Origin: Monocercomonoides exilis PA203
Lineage: Eukaryota > Protista > Preaxostyla
Assembly (NCBI GenBank): GCA_001643675.2
Contig: LSRY02000018.1
Span: 1,364,001 to 1,428,000, forward strand
Length of the DNA: 64,000 bases
Direction: 5' to 3'
Notes under the pieces: model-generated
What the model saw: only the letters and a program-made list of their open reading frames with translations
Databases searched by the model: none
Told to the model about the DNA's origin: nothing
Program-made: the position numbers and the translations under genes
In this document: positions 42,213-54,071 of the stretch, piece after piece
Position numbering within the stretch: the stretch's first letter is position 1
How the letters are laid out: every line of letters begins with the position of its first letter

Positions 42213-45200
42213 ATGTATTTTATTGCTTTGTTGCTGCAGTTTTTAGTTTTCGTTGTTGCATCAAACGAAGATTTACCAACGTGCAAAGAAAATGAGCAAT
42301 TTATTGTTTTTGGAAATTGCTCAGAAGGAACGAGAAAACAATATTTTTTCCCAAAACCTGATTCATCTTGTAAACCTGAAAAACCAAAAGATGTGGACTG
42401 TAGTTTGTCAACATTCGCGTTTATTTCCGCATCAAATATTAATTTTATAATTTTGTTTGATTATTCATTTTTTTATAATTCAAGAATGCCAAAAAGAGGA
42501 TTTTGTCCCAAAGTACGGCGAATGCGAAGGAGAAAAGCGAGGAAAAGAGTACATAAAAATATCTGATTGTGAGGGTGATGCTCCAATGACCGAAACTGTA
42601 TTATGCGGTTTGCTAAAAGAAAAAAAAGAGAATAGAATTATTAATACTTTTTTTGTTCATTAAAATTTATAAAGAATGCACACCAGAAACCATCATTTCA
42701 ACGTATGGTGAATGCAGAGGGACACGCGACATATTCTTTTTTTATCCAGATTATTGTGATTCTTCAACTCTTCCACCATTGGAACCGAGAACTGGAGAAA
42801 AGTGCGATTTTAGCTGTCCAGCTGGGCAATACTACAACGTTTTGAATAAATCGTGTAAGTCGTGCCCTCCTGGGAAAGAGTCGAAGGGAGATTCTGTTGT
42901 TTATTCAGAATGGAGTACAATGCCAAGTGATTTTCACACAAGAGTTACAGGAGAAGGAACGCCCTGGAAGGCAAGTGGGTTCTGGGTGGAAACAGGCATC
43001 CAAAGGGGTGACTCAGCCAGCACACTTTTTTTGGAAGTGGATATTGTGGCAAAAGAAGGAAGCGTTACATTTGCCTTCGAATGCTTTGGCATTCCGCAAG
43101 TCCCTTCGCAGCTGTCATTCACAGTGGATGATGAAGAAGTAACTGATGGGGAACTCAAAGCGAACACATGGGCGAACTTCTCATGTCCGCTCACTTTTGG
43201 GCACCACAAGCTGTGCTGGATCTACAACTCATACGACGAGTTTGGCTTTGACAGCCTGTACCTCAGCAACGACGGGGCGCGGATCAAGACGATCATCATC
43301 ACAGGCGCCAACTACCTCGTCACTCAGTGCGTTCCTTGCAAAGCTGGCTGGTATTCGAAGGACGGTGAGTGCAGGCGGTGCGAGCGGGACACGTACAGCG
43401 ACCAGGAAGGCAGCACAACATGCACCAAATGCCCCGAAGGCACTTATTCTCCACCAGGCGCGACTGAATGCAGGAAGCGCCCAGCTTGTCAGAAGGAGGA
43501 CTTCTACTCAGTGTATCTCCCGTGCAACGAGCAAAGAGACGACACTGGGAAGATTGTGATGAAGCAGAGGAGGCACTTTGAGTGGGTGCAGCCGAAGATC
43601 TGCGATGAGGAGCTGCCTCTTTCAAAGAAGCTGCCAGAGGACATCGAAGTGGACTGTGGAGAGTGCAACGGAGGGATGTATCGCCCAGAAGGGAAGACGA
43701 AGTGCGAGCCATGCCCAACAGGAACATTCAAGCCAGAGCCTGAGCTGTCTGGAAGAATGGCAGATGAAGAGGAAGAGCTTGACAGCGAAGGTATTTCTGG
43801 AAGAAGTCACAAACAGACTGCTAGTAAGGGTTATGCACATTCACACTCAAATGCAGACAAGTGTCTCCCTTGTCCTGCTGGACACAGGGCACCAAAGACA
43901 GTCATTCTGCAGAACATCGACAAGGAGCAGTTTGAGAAGTACTTCACAACCACCTGCATATCCGACAGGGGAGAGAAGAGCGACTGCGCCTCGGACGGCT
44001 GGCGGACGCGGATGAGAGGGCTGGACTCAGGCAACTTCCACTCGGGCCCTGTGCAGGTGGTGCTGAAGCTGAGGACGAATGTGAGTGTGTCTGGGCGGAT
44101 TGAGTTCGACTACACGCCACATTTGGATCCAAACCAGGGCAGCATCTTCAAGTTCTTCTCGGGGACGAACCCGCCAACAGTGGTGGATGCAAGTGAGGAG
44201 CAGAATGTGACACAAAGGGTGGATTTGACGCTGATTGAGCCTGATGATGACGAGTTCACTTTTGTCTTCATTCGAGGCATGGGAGCCAGCAAGAAGGATG
44301 GGAAAGGAAATACTGCTGCTGCAATCACTTCATCATCATCTTCTTCTTCTTCATTGGATCGTTCGAATGGCGCACAGAACATCGATGTCTGGCAGCGTGT
44401 GAGCGACTATGTCTCCATCAACAGGATTGTGCTCCATTCTGTGAAGCATGCTGAAGGCGGTGCGATGCGATGTGATGCGTGTCCACCTGGCTCGGCTGCT
44501 GCTTCTGGGGATGAGCGGTGTGAATATTGTCCGTTGGGCACTTATGCACTCAATGCGACGAGTGAGAAGTGTCTGCCTTGTCCGGAGGGGACGTTTGCCA
44601 GCCACCGCGGGCAGCTGGAGTGTATGGCGTGTGGAAAGAACACACTGCCTGTGAAGCAGACGAACGGAACTGTTGGAAAGAGGGAGAATGGGCAGAGAAG
44701 CAGAGTGGAGAAGTGGGCAGAGCTGGCGAAGTTGACAGAGGCTGAGAAGGGAATCAGAAGGTATCCGATGGTGAAGGAAGAGAAGCCAAGTAAGAAGTAC
44801 GAGCCAGTGGCTGAAGGGGCAACCAGCTGTCTTCTTGAAAAATGCGGTTTGACTGTTCCAGAAAAGAATTACACATTCGATTTTTCGAAGTTGGGATCAG
44901 AGAAGGAAATGTTTGAAGTGCAGTTGGAAAGCCCCCAGAAAGAGAGAGCAAAAGGCAATGCTTTTCCAAAAGCAAAATTTGCACATTCACATGGAATATC
45001 ACAAAGTTCTTTCTCTTCTTCCATTTCTTCTCATTTTCAAAATATTCATCCAACCACGTCACAGTCTTCTTCTTCATCATCCAAAAACACTTCCTCTTCC
45101 AATTTCCGGTTCCAGACATTTCCCTCCTTCTACATGAACCTCTGCAACCTGAAGCCCTCTGAGAACTTCTGCCGCACCATCACCAACTCCTACAAGTTGT

Positions 45201-46024
45201 CACTGGCGTGTGAGCAGGTGAACAACCACACCGTCTTCAATTGGGGAAGCAAAGTTGGACTCGAATACATCGAAGCAGCAGAGCACAAAGGAAGGTCTCT
45301 GTTTGGGCTGGGGCGGAAGAGGAGCCTGGGGAGTTCCGAGGCGCATGTGCTGGTGTCGTTCTATGACGGCGACAAGTGCAAGGAGAAGGTGATGGTGGAA
45401 GGCAAAGCGCTGATGCGAGATACGCGGCGGTCAGCCACACTGAAGCTGACGTGTGTGCCTGGCCTGAACACGACGAAGCCGGCAGAGGTGGCTCCGCCGA
45501 AGGATGAGTCTGATTCTGCGTCGCCGTGTCGCAAGGAATTCGAGTGGAGGACGGACTTTGCGTGCCGGCTGTGTCGCGAGGAGGACTACGAGTACAAATA
45601 TTCTGAGTGCCACAAGATGAAGCAGAAGCGGACGATGCATCTGAAGGATGGTGCTCTGTGCTCTGGTGGCTTTGTTCCACCCACAGAGCCAGTGGAGCTG
45701 CCCTGCCGCTCGTCTGTGGTGATGCTGACAGCAGGGCAGACGGTACTGGTGGTTGTGTCTGTGCTGGTGGCTGCCTGTTTGTGTGGGGTGCTGCTTGTGT
45801 GGCTTTACTGCCGGAACAGAAAGCTGAGCTATCAGCTGCTGCAGAACGACTCGACAAAGCTGGATGCACACCCGACGTCGATGATGGATGAGGGAGACGA
45901 GGAAGGAGTGGGGAAAAGCGTGGAAAAGGACGAGGCAGCTGGATCTTCTTCTGGAAGGGCGCAATCTTCTTCGCAAAGCAGTAATGAGCTGATTGATATT
46001 AGTGGAGGTGTTGCGTTGGAGTAA
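42213..46024 (+). CDS. ELAPOR/KIAA1324 (EIG121, UPF0577)-family Cys-rich type-I membrane protein, about 1,220 aa
   Basis: Signal MYFIALLLQFLVFVVA; introns 42403-42484 and 42608-42674. Motifs CDFSCPAGQYY, YSEWSTMPSDF, RPACQKEDFY, EWVQPKICDEEL, YTFDFSKL, FEWRTDFACRLC and LCSGG, then a TM and NRKLSYQLL, match the family order from memory of ELAPOR1/2. Confidence 0.85.
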
Positions 46025-46937
46025 TGAATGAAGTTAATTTTGAGCGGTTACTAAATAATAAGTTATTTGCGTCCACTTTTGTTTGAATCTATTTTTTTAT
46101 TTAACATTTCTTTTCTTTTCTTTTCTTTTTCTGTTTGTTAATTTTTGATCATTTTGATAAGGATATATATTATTGGTGAAAAACTAACCAAATATTAAAA
46201 TTCTTCGCTCCAAAATAATGTTTTTTTAAAAAAAAATGAAATTCAAACACTTAATGTTCAGAGAAATAATCTATTTCTGTTTTTGTAAAATTCATCAATG
46301 CGAAGTCCATTTCAAAACTTCAAAGAAAAGAATAAGCAAAGAGAGATAGAAATAAAAAAGTAGAAGTTTAATAATGAACAGCAGAAGAAAAACATAATTT
46401 TCACAATAACACATTCCAATGTGATTTTTGTAAAATCTGATTTAAATAAAAGTAGAATACTCAAACAAGAAGCATAGGCTAATAATACAAAAGCTTCCTA
46501 ATTTGAATATAATCAGTTCATATGAATTGACTGATCAATTTCACAATTCAGTAAATGATAAAAAAAAATTCTCAACATAAAAATAAAAATGAAAATGAAA
46601 AAAAAAAAAAAAATAAAAATAAAAATAAAAATAAAATAAAATAAATAAATAAATAAATAAATATGTTCTGCATAACAAAAACAATAATGAAATGTTTTCT
46701 TTGAAGAAGTTACAAAAAAAAATAAAATGCAATCGTCTCAAAAGCAATCATCAATAAAAAATCATCATCAACAAAAATAGCAGAAAGCATTATCTTTAAA
46801 AGCGCAATTCAAAATAAAAAGAAAACTAACATAAAAATGTTTGTCAACATAAAAACACATATTCGAATATAATATTTAACAAACAATTGGCGATTAGATA
46901 AAAAAAATACCTCAACAATCAAGCTTGCTTGTGCGTC

Positions 46938-48185
46938 TCAAATATATTCGTCTTCTTTCATAATTGCTTCTGTTCCAACTTCCATTTCCACAGCCACTGA
47001 AGCACTGTAAGCTTGATTGGTGAACTTATCATTTCCTGCTCCACTTGTACCAGCTGTCATGACTTGTTTCATTTGCAGCTTCTCCATTTCAATTGCGGCC
47101 TCGCGACTTAATTTCTCGTTTTCTTCCTTTTTCTTTCTTTCTTCTTCCTCTTTGTCAATTTTTTCTTCAATCTTTCTTTCTTTTCTTGTCAAAAACCATC
47201 TCCACTCCTTTTTCCTTCTCCAGTCTTTTATTCTCCGCTCCACACACGGATACATGACTCCTTTCAATTCGTCCGAAAATCCATCATGCGACAAGTCTCT
47301 CTCCACTCCCAATGAAAATACGCATGTCGGAAAGCATGAACAAATTAATATAATCACATAGCAAACAATTAGAGATGCTCCAGTTGCAATCAATGAGATT
47401 CTTGCATTCCTCGTGGTGGATGTCTCCTTTATGGATAATCCTACAATTAAAATTGTAATTCCAGCAACAAGCAGAAACATCGCAAATAGACCCAAATTTG
47501 AATCTGTTAGGCAAAATCGTTTGTTGCAAGCAACTCTTTTCTTCTCTTTTTCCCAAATTCGTTTAAATTCAGTTATCACAGCTTTTTGATCTTCATCAAG
47601 GCATCTATCATTTAGAAATGTATTATTTTCTATTGATTTCCTGGCAACTTCGCGTTGAACGTCTGTCGAACGTAAAAATGGCGTTTTTTCCTTCTCTGGC
47701 TCTTTCACTGCTTTTATCCCTTTCATCAGCTGAGAAAAGAATTGCCGAGAAGGAACACCTTCTTCGTCAATAATTGGGGCAGCAAAGCTTAATTCCCATT
47801 TATTCTTCGGAGCAGCTGCACCTGGATTTGTAGAGGGATCGCAACTAACTTCGTCTGCAACTGGCACTGAGTCGTTAGCTCCCTCGAGATTTGGAGGTGT
47901 TGCAGTACACGCATTAATGTTGTCAGAAGTGGGCAAACTTGGCAATGGAACGGGGTTAACAAATTGAGCCTGAACTTGAGAAACTGCTTTCCAAAATTCT
48001 GCCTTTTCTGCAATGCTGAGAGTTTCGGAAAATTCTTCCAAGTCGATTGGTAAAGGCAAAGAAGGCAAGAACTTTGAAAAGAGGCCTATGCATTTATTCT
48101 TAAGATCCTCTGGCAAACTCATTGCAAATTCCCTTATTGGTTGCGGGATATTACGTTCAATTGATTCAAAGGATTCTTTATCCAT
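46938..48185 (-). CDS. Hypothetical 415-aa protein with two TM helices
   Basis: Intact ORF. Hydrophobic segments LGLFAMFLLVAGITILIVGLSI and ISLIATGASLIVCYVIILICSCF; charged coiled C-terminus. Confidence 0.8.
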   Translation of the reverse strand: MDKESFESIERNIPQPIREFAMSLPEDLKNKCIGLFSKFLPSLPLPIDLEEFSETLSIAEKAEFWKAVSQVQAQFVNPVPLPSLPTSDNINACTATPPNLEGANDSVPVADEVSCDPSTNPGAAAPKNKWELSFAAPIIDEEGVPSRQFFSQLMKGIKAVKEPEKEKTPFLRSTDVQREVARKSIENNTFLNDRCLDEDQKAVITEFKRIWEKEKKRVACNKRFCLTDSNLGLFAMFLLVAGITILIVGLSIKETSTTRNARISLIATGASLIVCYVIILICSCFPTCVFSLGVERDLSHDGFSDELKGVMYPCVERRIKDWRRKKEWRWFLTRKERKIEEKIDKEEEERKKKEENEKLSREAAIEMEKLQMKQVMTAGTSGAGNDKFTNQAYSASVAVEMEVGTEAIMKEDEYI

Positions 48186-48536
48186 TTCAAGATTTATTAT
48201 TCTTTCAACTATATAAAGCCCTTAATAGAGTTTTAGTTGATCACGATTTGGGGGGTTCAGTTTTCTTCCATATTATGATTATTAAATGAACATTTGATCC
48301 TTTCCATCTTTGCAAGATTGTGGTCAAAAACTGAAAGATTAACAATACGTAATTTATTTAAAGAATCTTTGAAATAACCCATCACACTTGAAAATGCCGT
48401 TATCATGGGAATTTCTGAAAGTGCTATCGTTTTTATTTATTTATTTATTTATTTTATCAGAATTTCTGACCTTCACTATTTGAAAAACCTTGATTTTTTT
48501 CCAAAAATCAAATTTCGAATGATTCTAAAACATGAC

Positions 48537-49966
48537 ATGAATCCAGCGGATGCCATTAGTTGAGAGTTTTTGGAGCATGTGCATGTTATTTCAAAAAATT
48601 CAGAATTTTAAATGTTCTGTCATTTCTTTTCTTCAGAAAAATTTCAAGAAATCGGAGATTGTTCATTGATTATTCAGATACAGAAAATTGAGGAAATGAA
48701 TGCATTGATAAGCTCGATGAATGATAAGGAGTTGAAATATGTTTGCAGCAAAGAAATGTTCGAAGAAGTGGACAACATGATAAAAGAAGAGATTATTTCA
48801 TTGGAAAATGCGATTTTGCTATTGAAGCACATTGGATTTTGGAAAGAGCTGAGAATGTTGTGGGTGAAGAATTACGCGAGAAGATTGATACGAAAACGAT
48901 TGAAACATCTGATTCTTAAAGAAGAAGCGAAAAAAGAAGGAAGAAAAGAAAAGCTAGTTGTTGAACTTTGTGAATGCTACCTATTTCTTAGTAATGATAT
49001 TTCTCTGGAATTGTTGTTGGTTTGTGTGTCCTGCCTTGTGAAAGCTTCATCAAACAAAGAGAAAAACGAGGAAACGCAAAAAGAAGTGGAAATGGCATTG
49101 CTGGCATTGAGTTGCATTGATAGATATGAAGTGTGATTTTTGCATTTTCAATCCAGACTGTTTTATGATTTTATTCTTTGTTTAAATGTTAGAAAATAAA
49201 AAAAGAACTTTATTTGAATGAGATTACAGGAATTATCAAATATCATCAAGAGCGTCACAACCTGAGGCGACTTGCCTATCAATCTGCTTGGATGTTTTTG
49301 ATAAACCGATTATTGTACGAAGAAAGTTTGGAAGAAGTGATTATGAATGAGTTGTGTTTTGTGGAAGAGGCAAGAAGAGAATTGGAAGAATTATCGAGAA
49401 ATGTAGACTGGAAGAGAGAGAAGGAAGAGAACGAAACGAGAAGAAAAGAAACGAAAGAAGAGGTTGTTTTATTGAGATGGATACGAATATTGAATTGTTG
49501 TTTTTTCGATTGTCAATTGCATAATGAAGAATTTTCTGGGCTTATCAACAACATTGTTCAGCTATATCGAGCATCAAGGGATAATTACAGAGATATAAGT
49601 GAGAAATGCATTTATCTGTTGAGAATAGCAGTGGAAAATTTTAATGTGAAGATTGATGAAATCCTGAAAGGCAGAGCGGTTGATGCTATTTTGGAGGAGA
49701 TACAGCAACGAACGATTGATGATGGAATGGCATTTGATGGCATGACATTTTTTTTCATTTTTTCATTGCGACTGAAAGAAGAGGGGGAAGAATGCGAAAA
49801 GGATAAAGAGGAAAGAAAAGTGCTGAAAAGAAAATTGTTTGAAAAGATGGAAGAAGAAGGACGTGAAGATAGAATCACAAGCTTTCAAGGAATATTGGTT
49901 TTTCTACAAAAAAAATATCACAATGAATTATTGTTGAATATTTCTGATTATTATGTGAACACTTGA
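48537..49966 (+). CDS. Member of a lineage-expanded all-helical (ARM-like) protein family, about 429 aa
   Basis: ORFs 48612-49136 and 49214-49966 are joined in frame by intron 49131-49192. Probable short first exon 48537-48558. Motifs SLENAILLLKHIG, LCECYL, ETQKEVEMALLALS, RLAYQSAW and KRKLFEKMEEEG resemble a family I recall from Monocercomonoides. Confidence 0.75.
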
Positions 49967-50657
49967 GACTATGAAGTCAAAACTCTCTTTTTAAATTATT
50001 TCACTATTTAACAAAAATCCGAAAGCTTCTTTCTTTTCTTTTCTTTTTTTGAAAAACAATATTCGTCCATATGCCCAATTGTCCAGATTCTTGAGTGAAA
50101 ATTCAATTTGTAAAAGAAAAAAAAATGGTAGTTTCCAAAAAAAATTGAAAAGAAAATGGCAAAAATGGACAGAAAGTTTGTCGAAAAGCATCTTTGCAAG
50201 TGCAAACATCTCAACTCCCAAAGAAGGTTGACACAAAACAATATGCAGTCGCTCCGACTGCTGTTGTGTGCCAAGCACTTCTTTGGTTCTGAGACATCAG
50301 CTCACAATCAAGCAGAAAGAAATCAGTGTGCTTCAGCAACCAGACTCAAATAAATTATAAATAGCATTGCACACCAAAAGAAAAAAGATTAACAGAAAAA
50401 ATAAAAAAGAAAAAGATTAAAAAAAAAGATATTTAAAATAAAATAAAAATAAAATAAAATAAAAAGAACAGGATAGAAACGCATGAATGGAAAGACTTGA
50501 ATCAAAAAGAAAGAAAGAAGCAGAAAATAAAATATACATCCACGTTAATTCTCTCTCTCTTTTGTTTTTTAATTTCATTTATTTCTTTTTCAATTTTGGC
50601 ATTTGATTCAACTATTTCAATCTTCCATCCGTCTTCTTCTTCTGACAATTGATTTTT

Positions 50658-52309
50658 TCAAATGTCTGAGGAACCTTCTTGAAGAAGCAGGTTGAAAAGA
50701 AGATGGCAATTGAATCCTACTTGCTGCAGAAGAAGATGATGGTCTACAATAAAACCTTGATAAAAATGAGGACTAAAAAAATGGATAAGAATATTATTAA
50801 ATATGAAGATAATAAGCAAACCAACAAAAAATACAAGAACAAAAATTAGGCAAAAATCAAGACATGCTTCAGAATCTGAAGAACCATTGCGTCGAGAATA
50901 AGAGGAAGATGATGACGGATGCGAATACGAACGTGAATAGGAAGAAGCATTGCGATAATAATCGTAACGAGATGAATAGGAAGATGACGAAGAATGACAC
51001 GATGACTGCACATGGCACCCTGAAGCTGCTTTTCTGGTTTGCGAAGGAACTCTCTCTGTAAAATTCGCATAGCGCATATTCGCATCCCTCATCGAATATT
51101 CTGTGCGTCCGTCTCTTTGCGTTTTCTGTGAATAATCTCTGCGTCTCTGCCAGTCTCCCTTTGCGTTTCTAATGCTGTTTTCGATGTTTGGATAAAGCAG
51201 TTTGTATATTTCCCAATCCGTCTCGTATCTTGGACTCTTCGATGCCACAACTGGATGAGTAAGCACCTTGAGCAAGTCTGTTCCGCTGTCTGACTCGTGG
51301 CTCAACAGCGTCGCTGTGAGCAACATAATCCTTTTATCAATTGAGTCATGGAAGTGATTTTTGACTAGCCTCATTGCGCCATTCTGTGACAACTCATTCA
51401 GATCATCTGATGAAAAAGAACGGAGCATGCACATTTCAAAGAGCACTATTCCAAGTTGCCTGAGATCAGTTGCTGAGTCTATAAACGCTTGAACAGCTGA
51501 CAACGATGTCCCCGAGTTACGAAATAGGTGTCCGCCCCAACATTGACGATGGCTTCTTGATTCGTAATTCTCCTGATTGTTCAAAACAAAAATGTTTTCA
51601 CATTCAGATTTGTGTCAAACATTAAAAAAAACTTCATTGCATGCCAAGTTTCACATGTCCATAAAAAGGCATAAGAATGTTTTTCAAATGAATGTTACCG
51701 TGCTTCAAACCCACTTTGAAATATTCAAAAAGCCCCAGTAAAAGTTCAGTTGTTATATTCCACAATTCCTTTCACAAATGAAAAAATATCAAAAATTCAT
51801 TTTTTAAAAAATATCATTCAGTAATAAAAGACTTAATCTTGTCAATGAATTCAAAATGCAAAATGCAAACCTCGTCAGAATAATATCTCAATTGTTTTTT
51901 TCGTGTCAAAACATCTTCTTTCAGGACAATTCCCTTGCAAAACTCGAAAATAATGAACAATTCGTTGTCGTCAACGTTAATTGCTTCCACAATGTTTACA
52001 GCAAATGGACTTTTGATTGTTTTCGCTTTTAATAGCTTCAAGCCAATATGTTCATTTGCTAAATAAAATTTATCTTCAAAATGGTAATGCTTCAAAATGT
52101 TCTTTTCTCCATTTGCTTTTAACCCACCGTAATGTCGGCACTCATCAATTTTTCCCAAAAACGTCATGCATATATCTTTTCAAAATACAATAAACAATTA
52201 AATTCAATATCGAGTCAAATTCAACAATGTTATAAATTAAAAATAAGAAAAGCAAACATCTATCCAATATAGCTTGCTCATATCTCTTTTCAGTTTTCAA
52301 TTCCGCCAT
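50658..52309 (-). CDS. Divergent NEK-like (pseudo)kinase with Ser/Tyr/Arg-rich tail and hydrophobic C-terminus; multi-exon
   Basis: Exons read MAELKTEKRYEQAILDR / SPFAVNIVEAINVDDNELFIIFEFCKG...YYSDE / ELWNITTELLLGL...LKHGNIHLKNIL / TDLRQLGIVLFEMC...VLTHP. Splice sites around 51570-51650 and the final exon are uncertain. Confidence 0.6.
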
Positions 52310-54071
52310 CTTTACTATTTTAGTTCCAAAAGAAAAATTTTATCCACAATTTTCAGATCAATTCACATATAAAAAAATTACTGATATCTCAAACTTTTTT
52401 TGTACGATACAGCGGATGGATTTTTTCAGTCAATTCTTTTAGAAAAGGTGAAACACGCATGTGTTGGTAGAAAAAACAATATTTCAGATTATTTTTGAAA
52501 CTGTTTTGTTCCATTTGAATGATGAAACCAACAAAATAAAAAAATTATTAAAAATAAATAATTATTAATATTATTAATAATCATCAGAGTGCATTTTTAT
52601 TTTTTGAAGTGAATTTTATTTTTTATTTTACACTTCGTTGTATGAATGATATTTTTTCATGAATCAAGATACCTTTTCGGAGCGATAATAATAACAAAGT
52701 TTTAAATCATTAGATAATCAATTCATGTTGAAATTGTCCATTCATGTTAATGATGATAAAAGCCACAAAGAACGGAGATTGAAAAAAGACAAATAACTTA
52801 TTTTTTTGGATTTGCCAACTTTTTTTCTTCGTTCAATCTTGTTTGATTTTATTTTTCAAACCAAAATTAAAGATTTATGAAATTTTGATTTCAAAAACAA
52901 TCACCGATATTTTCTTCTGTAATTTTTGTTCAATAAAATCATATTTGTAAAAAATTGAAATGAACAAAAAAACATCAAAATAAGTTTGCTGATATTTCGA
53001 AGACTTGAATAAAAATTGATAAACAGATTAATGTTATTTCTTTTTAAAACCAAATTACACATTTTTAAAAAAACTTGAGTCAGAAAAGCAAATTTAAAAA
53101 AATGAGCAGAAAAATTTTCATCTCAATAAATCATAAACAAAAATAAAAGCACAAACATGTTAAGAATTGCTTCAACTTTGTTTTAATCTCCCACTTTATT
53201 ACAGAAAAAGTTATGCTTTTCTCGGGTGCTGGTGATCAAAAACTAAAAAGCGTCAATAAATCGAAAAGTTATTGTAAAAGTCATCAATATTCAATGAAAA
53301 AAATGTTACTGAAAACTGTGTTTTAGAAAGTTCATACAAGCAACGATTTTTAACAAATGGGCAATGAATTCGATAAAACTGAAAAAGAAACTTTTATTTG
53401 ATTTTTTTTGATATCTTTTCTTTTATTTTCTCTTTGATTTTTATTTTGAAAAAAAAAGGAAGTGATTTGTTTTTAAAAAATTTGTTATGAGTTTTCAAAG
53501 TTGTGATGAAAATCCAACAACAATAACAACAGCAATTTTGGTGATCATATTTACAAAAAAATATTGAGCCTAATGAATCTTTGACCCTTCAAAAAACATA
53601 TCCAAATATTTTTTGGCTCATATGTTTGATGCTCAATCATTAGGAAAACACATATTTCTTCATTTTTTCCTTTCTCATTCGTTTCTTGGGGAAAACAAAA
53701 AAAGAAAAAAAGATTTCAGTTATTGAATACATGAACATTATGATTGTTGTTTGAAGTGGATGAAGTGATTCACTGACAGCACAGTTGCCATCAAACAAAA
53801 AGTGTAAACAGTCATCTGCCTGCCCATTCACGAACAGCAACACCCTTCAAAAAAACTCTGCTATCCATTAATGCAGACAGATCCTGCACAGCATCTTCAC
53901 CTTCTTTCTTTTTTTTTTTCGAAATATTCATATCCCTCTTGCATCTTCCCCTTCCCGAAGCACATAATCATTTCATCAAATCTAGTCTCATTTCCTTCAA
54001 CAGATCGGGAGATCTCTTTGCTTCTCTTCTTCCCCTTAATCTCCACTCCCGCCATCTCTGGTCTTCCCTCC

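Noticed and set aside
46570-46665. AAAAT/AAAT runs (also about 50430-50465)
   Set aside because: Ordinary AT-rich simple repeats between convergent genes; no TSD or retroelement body seen.
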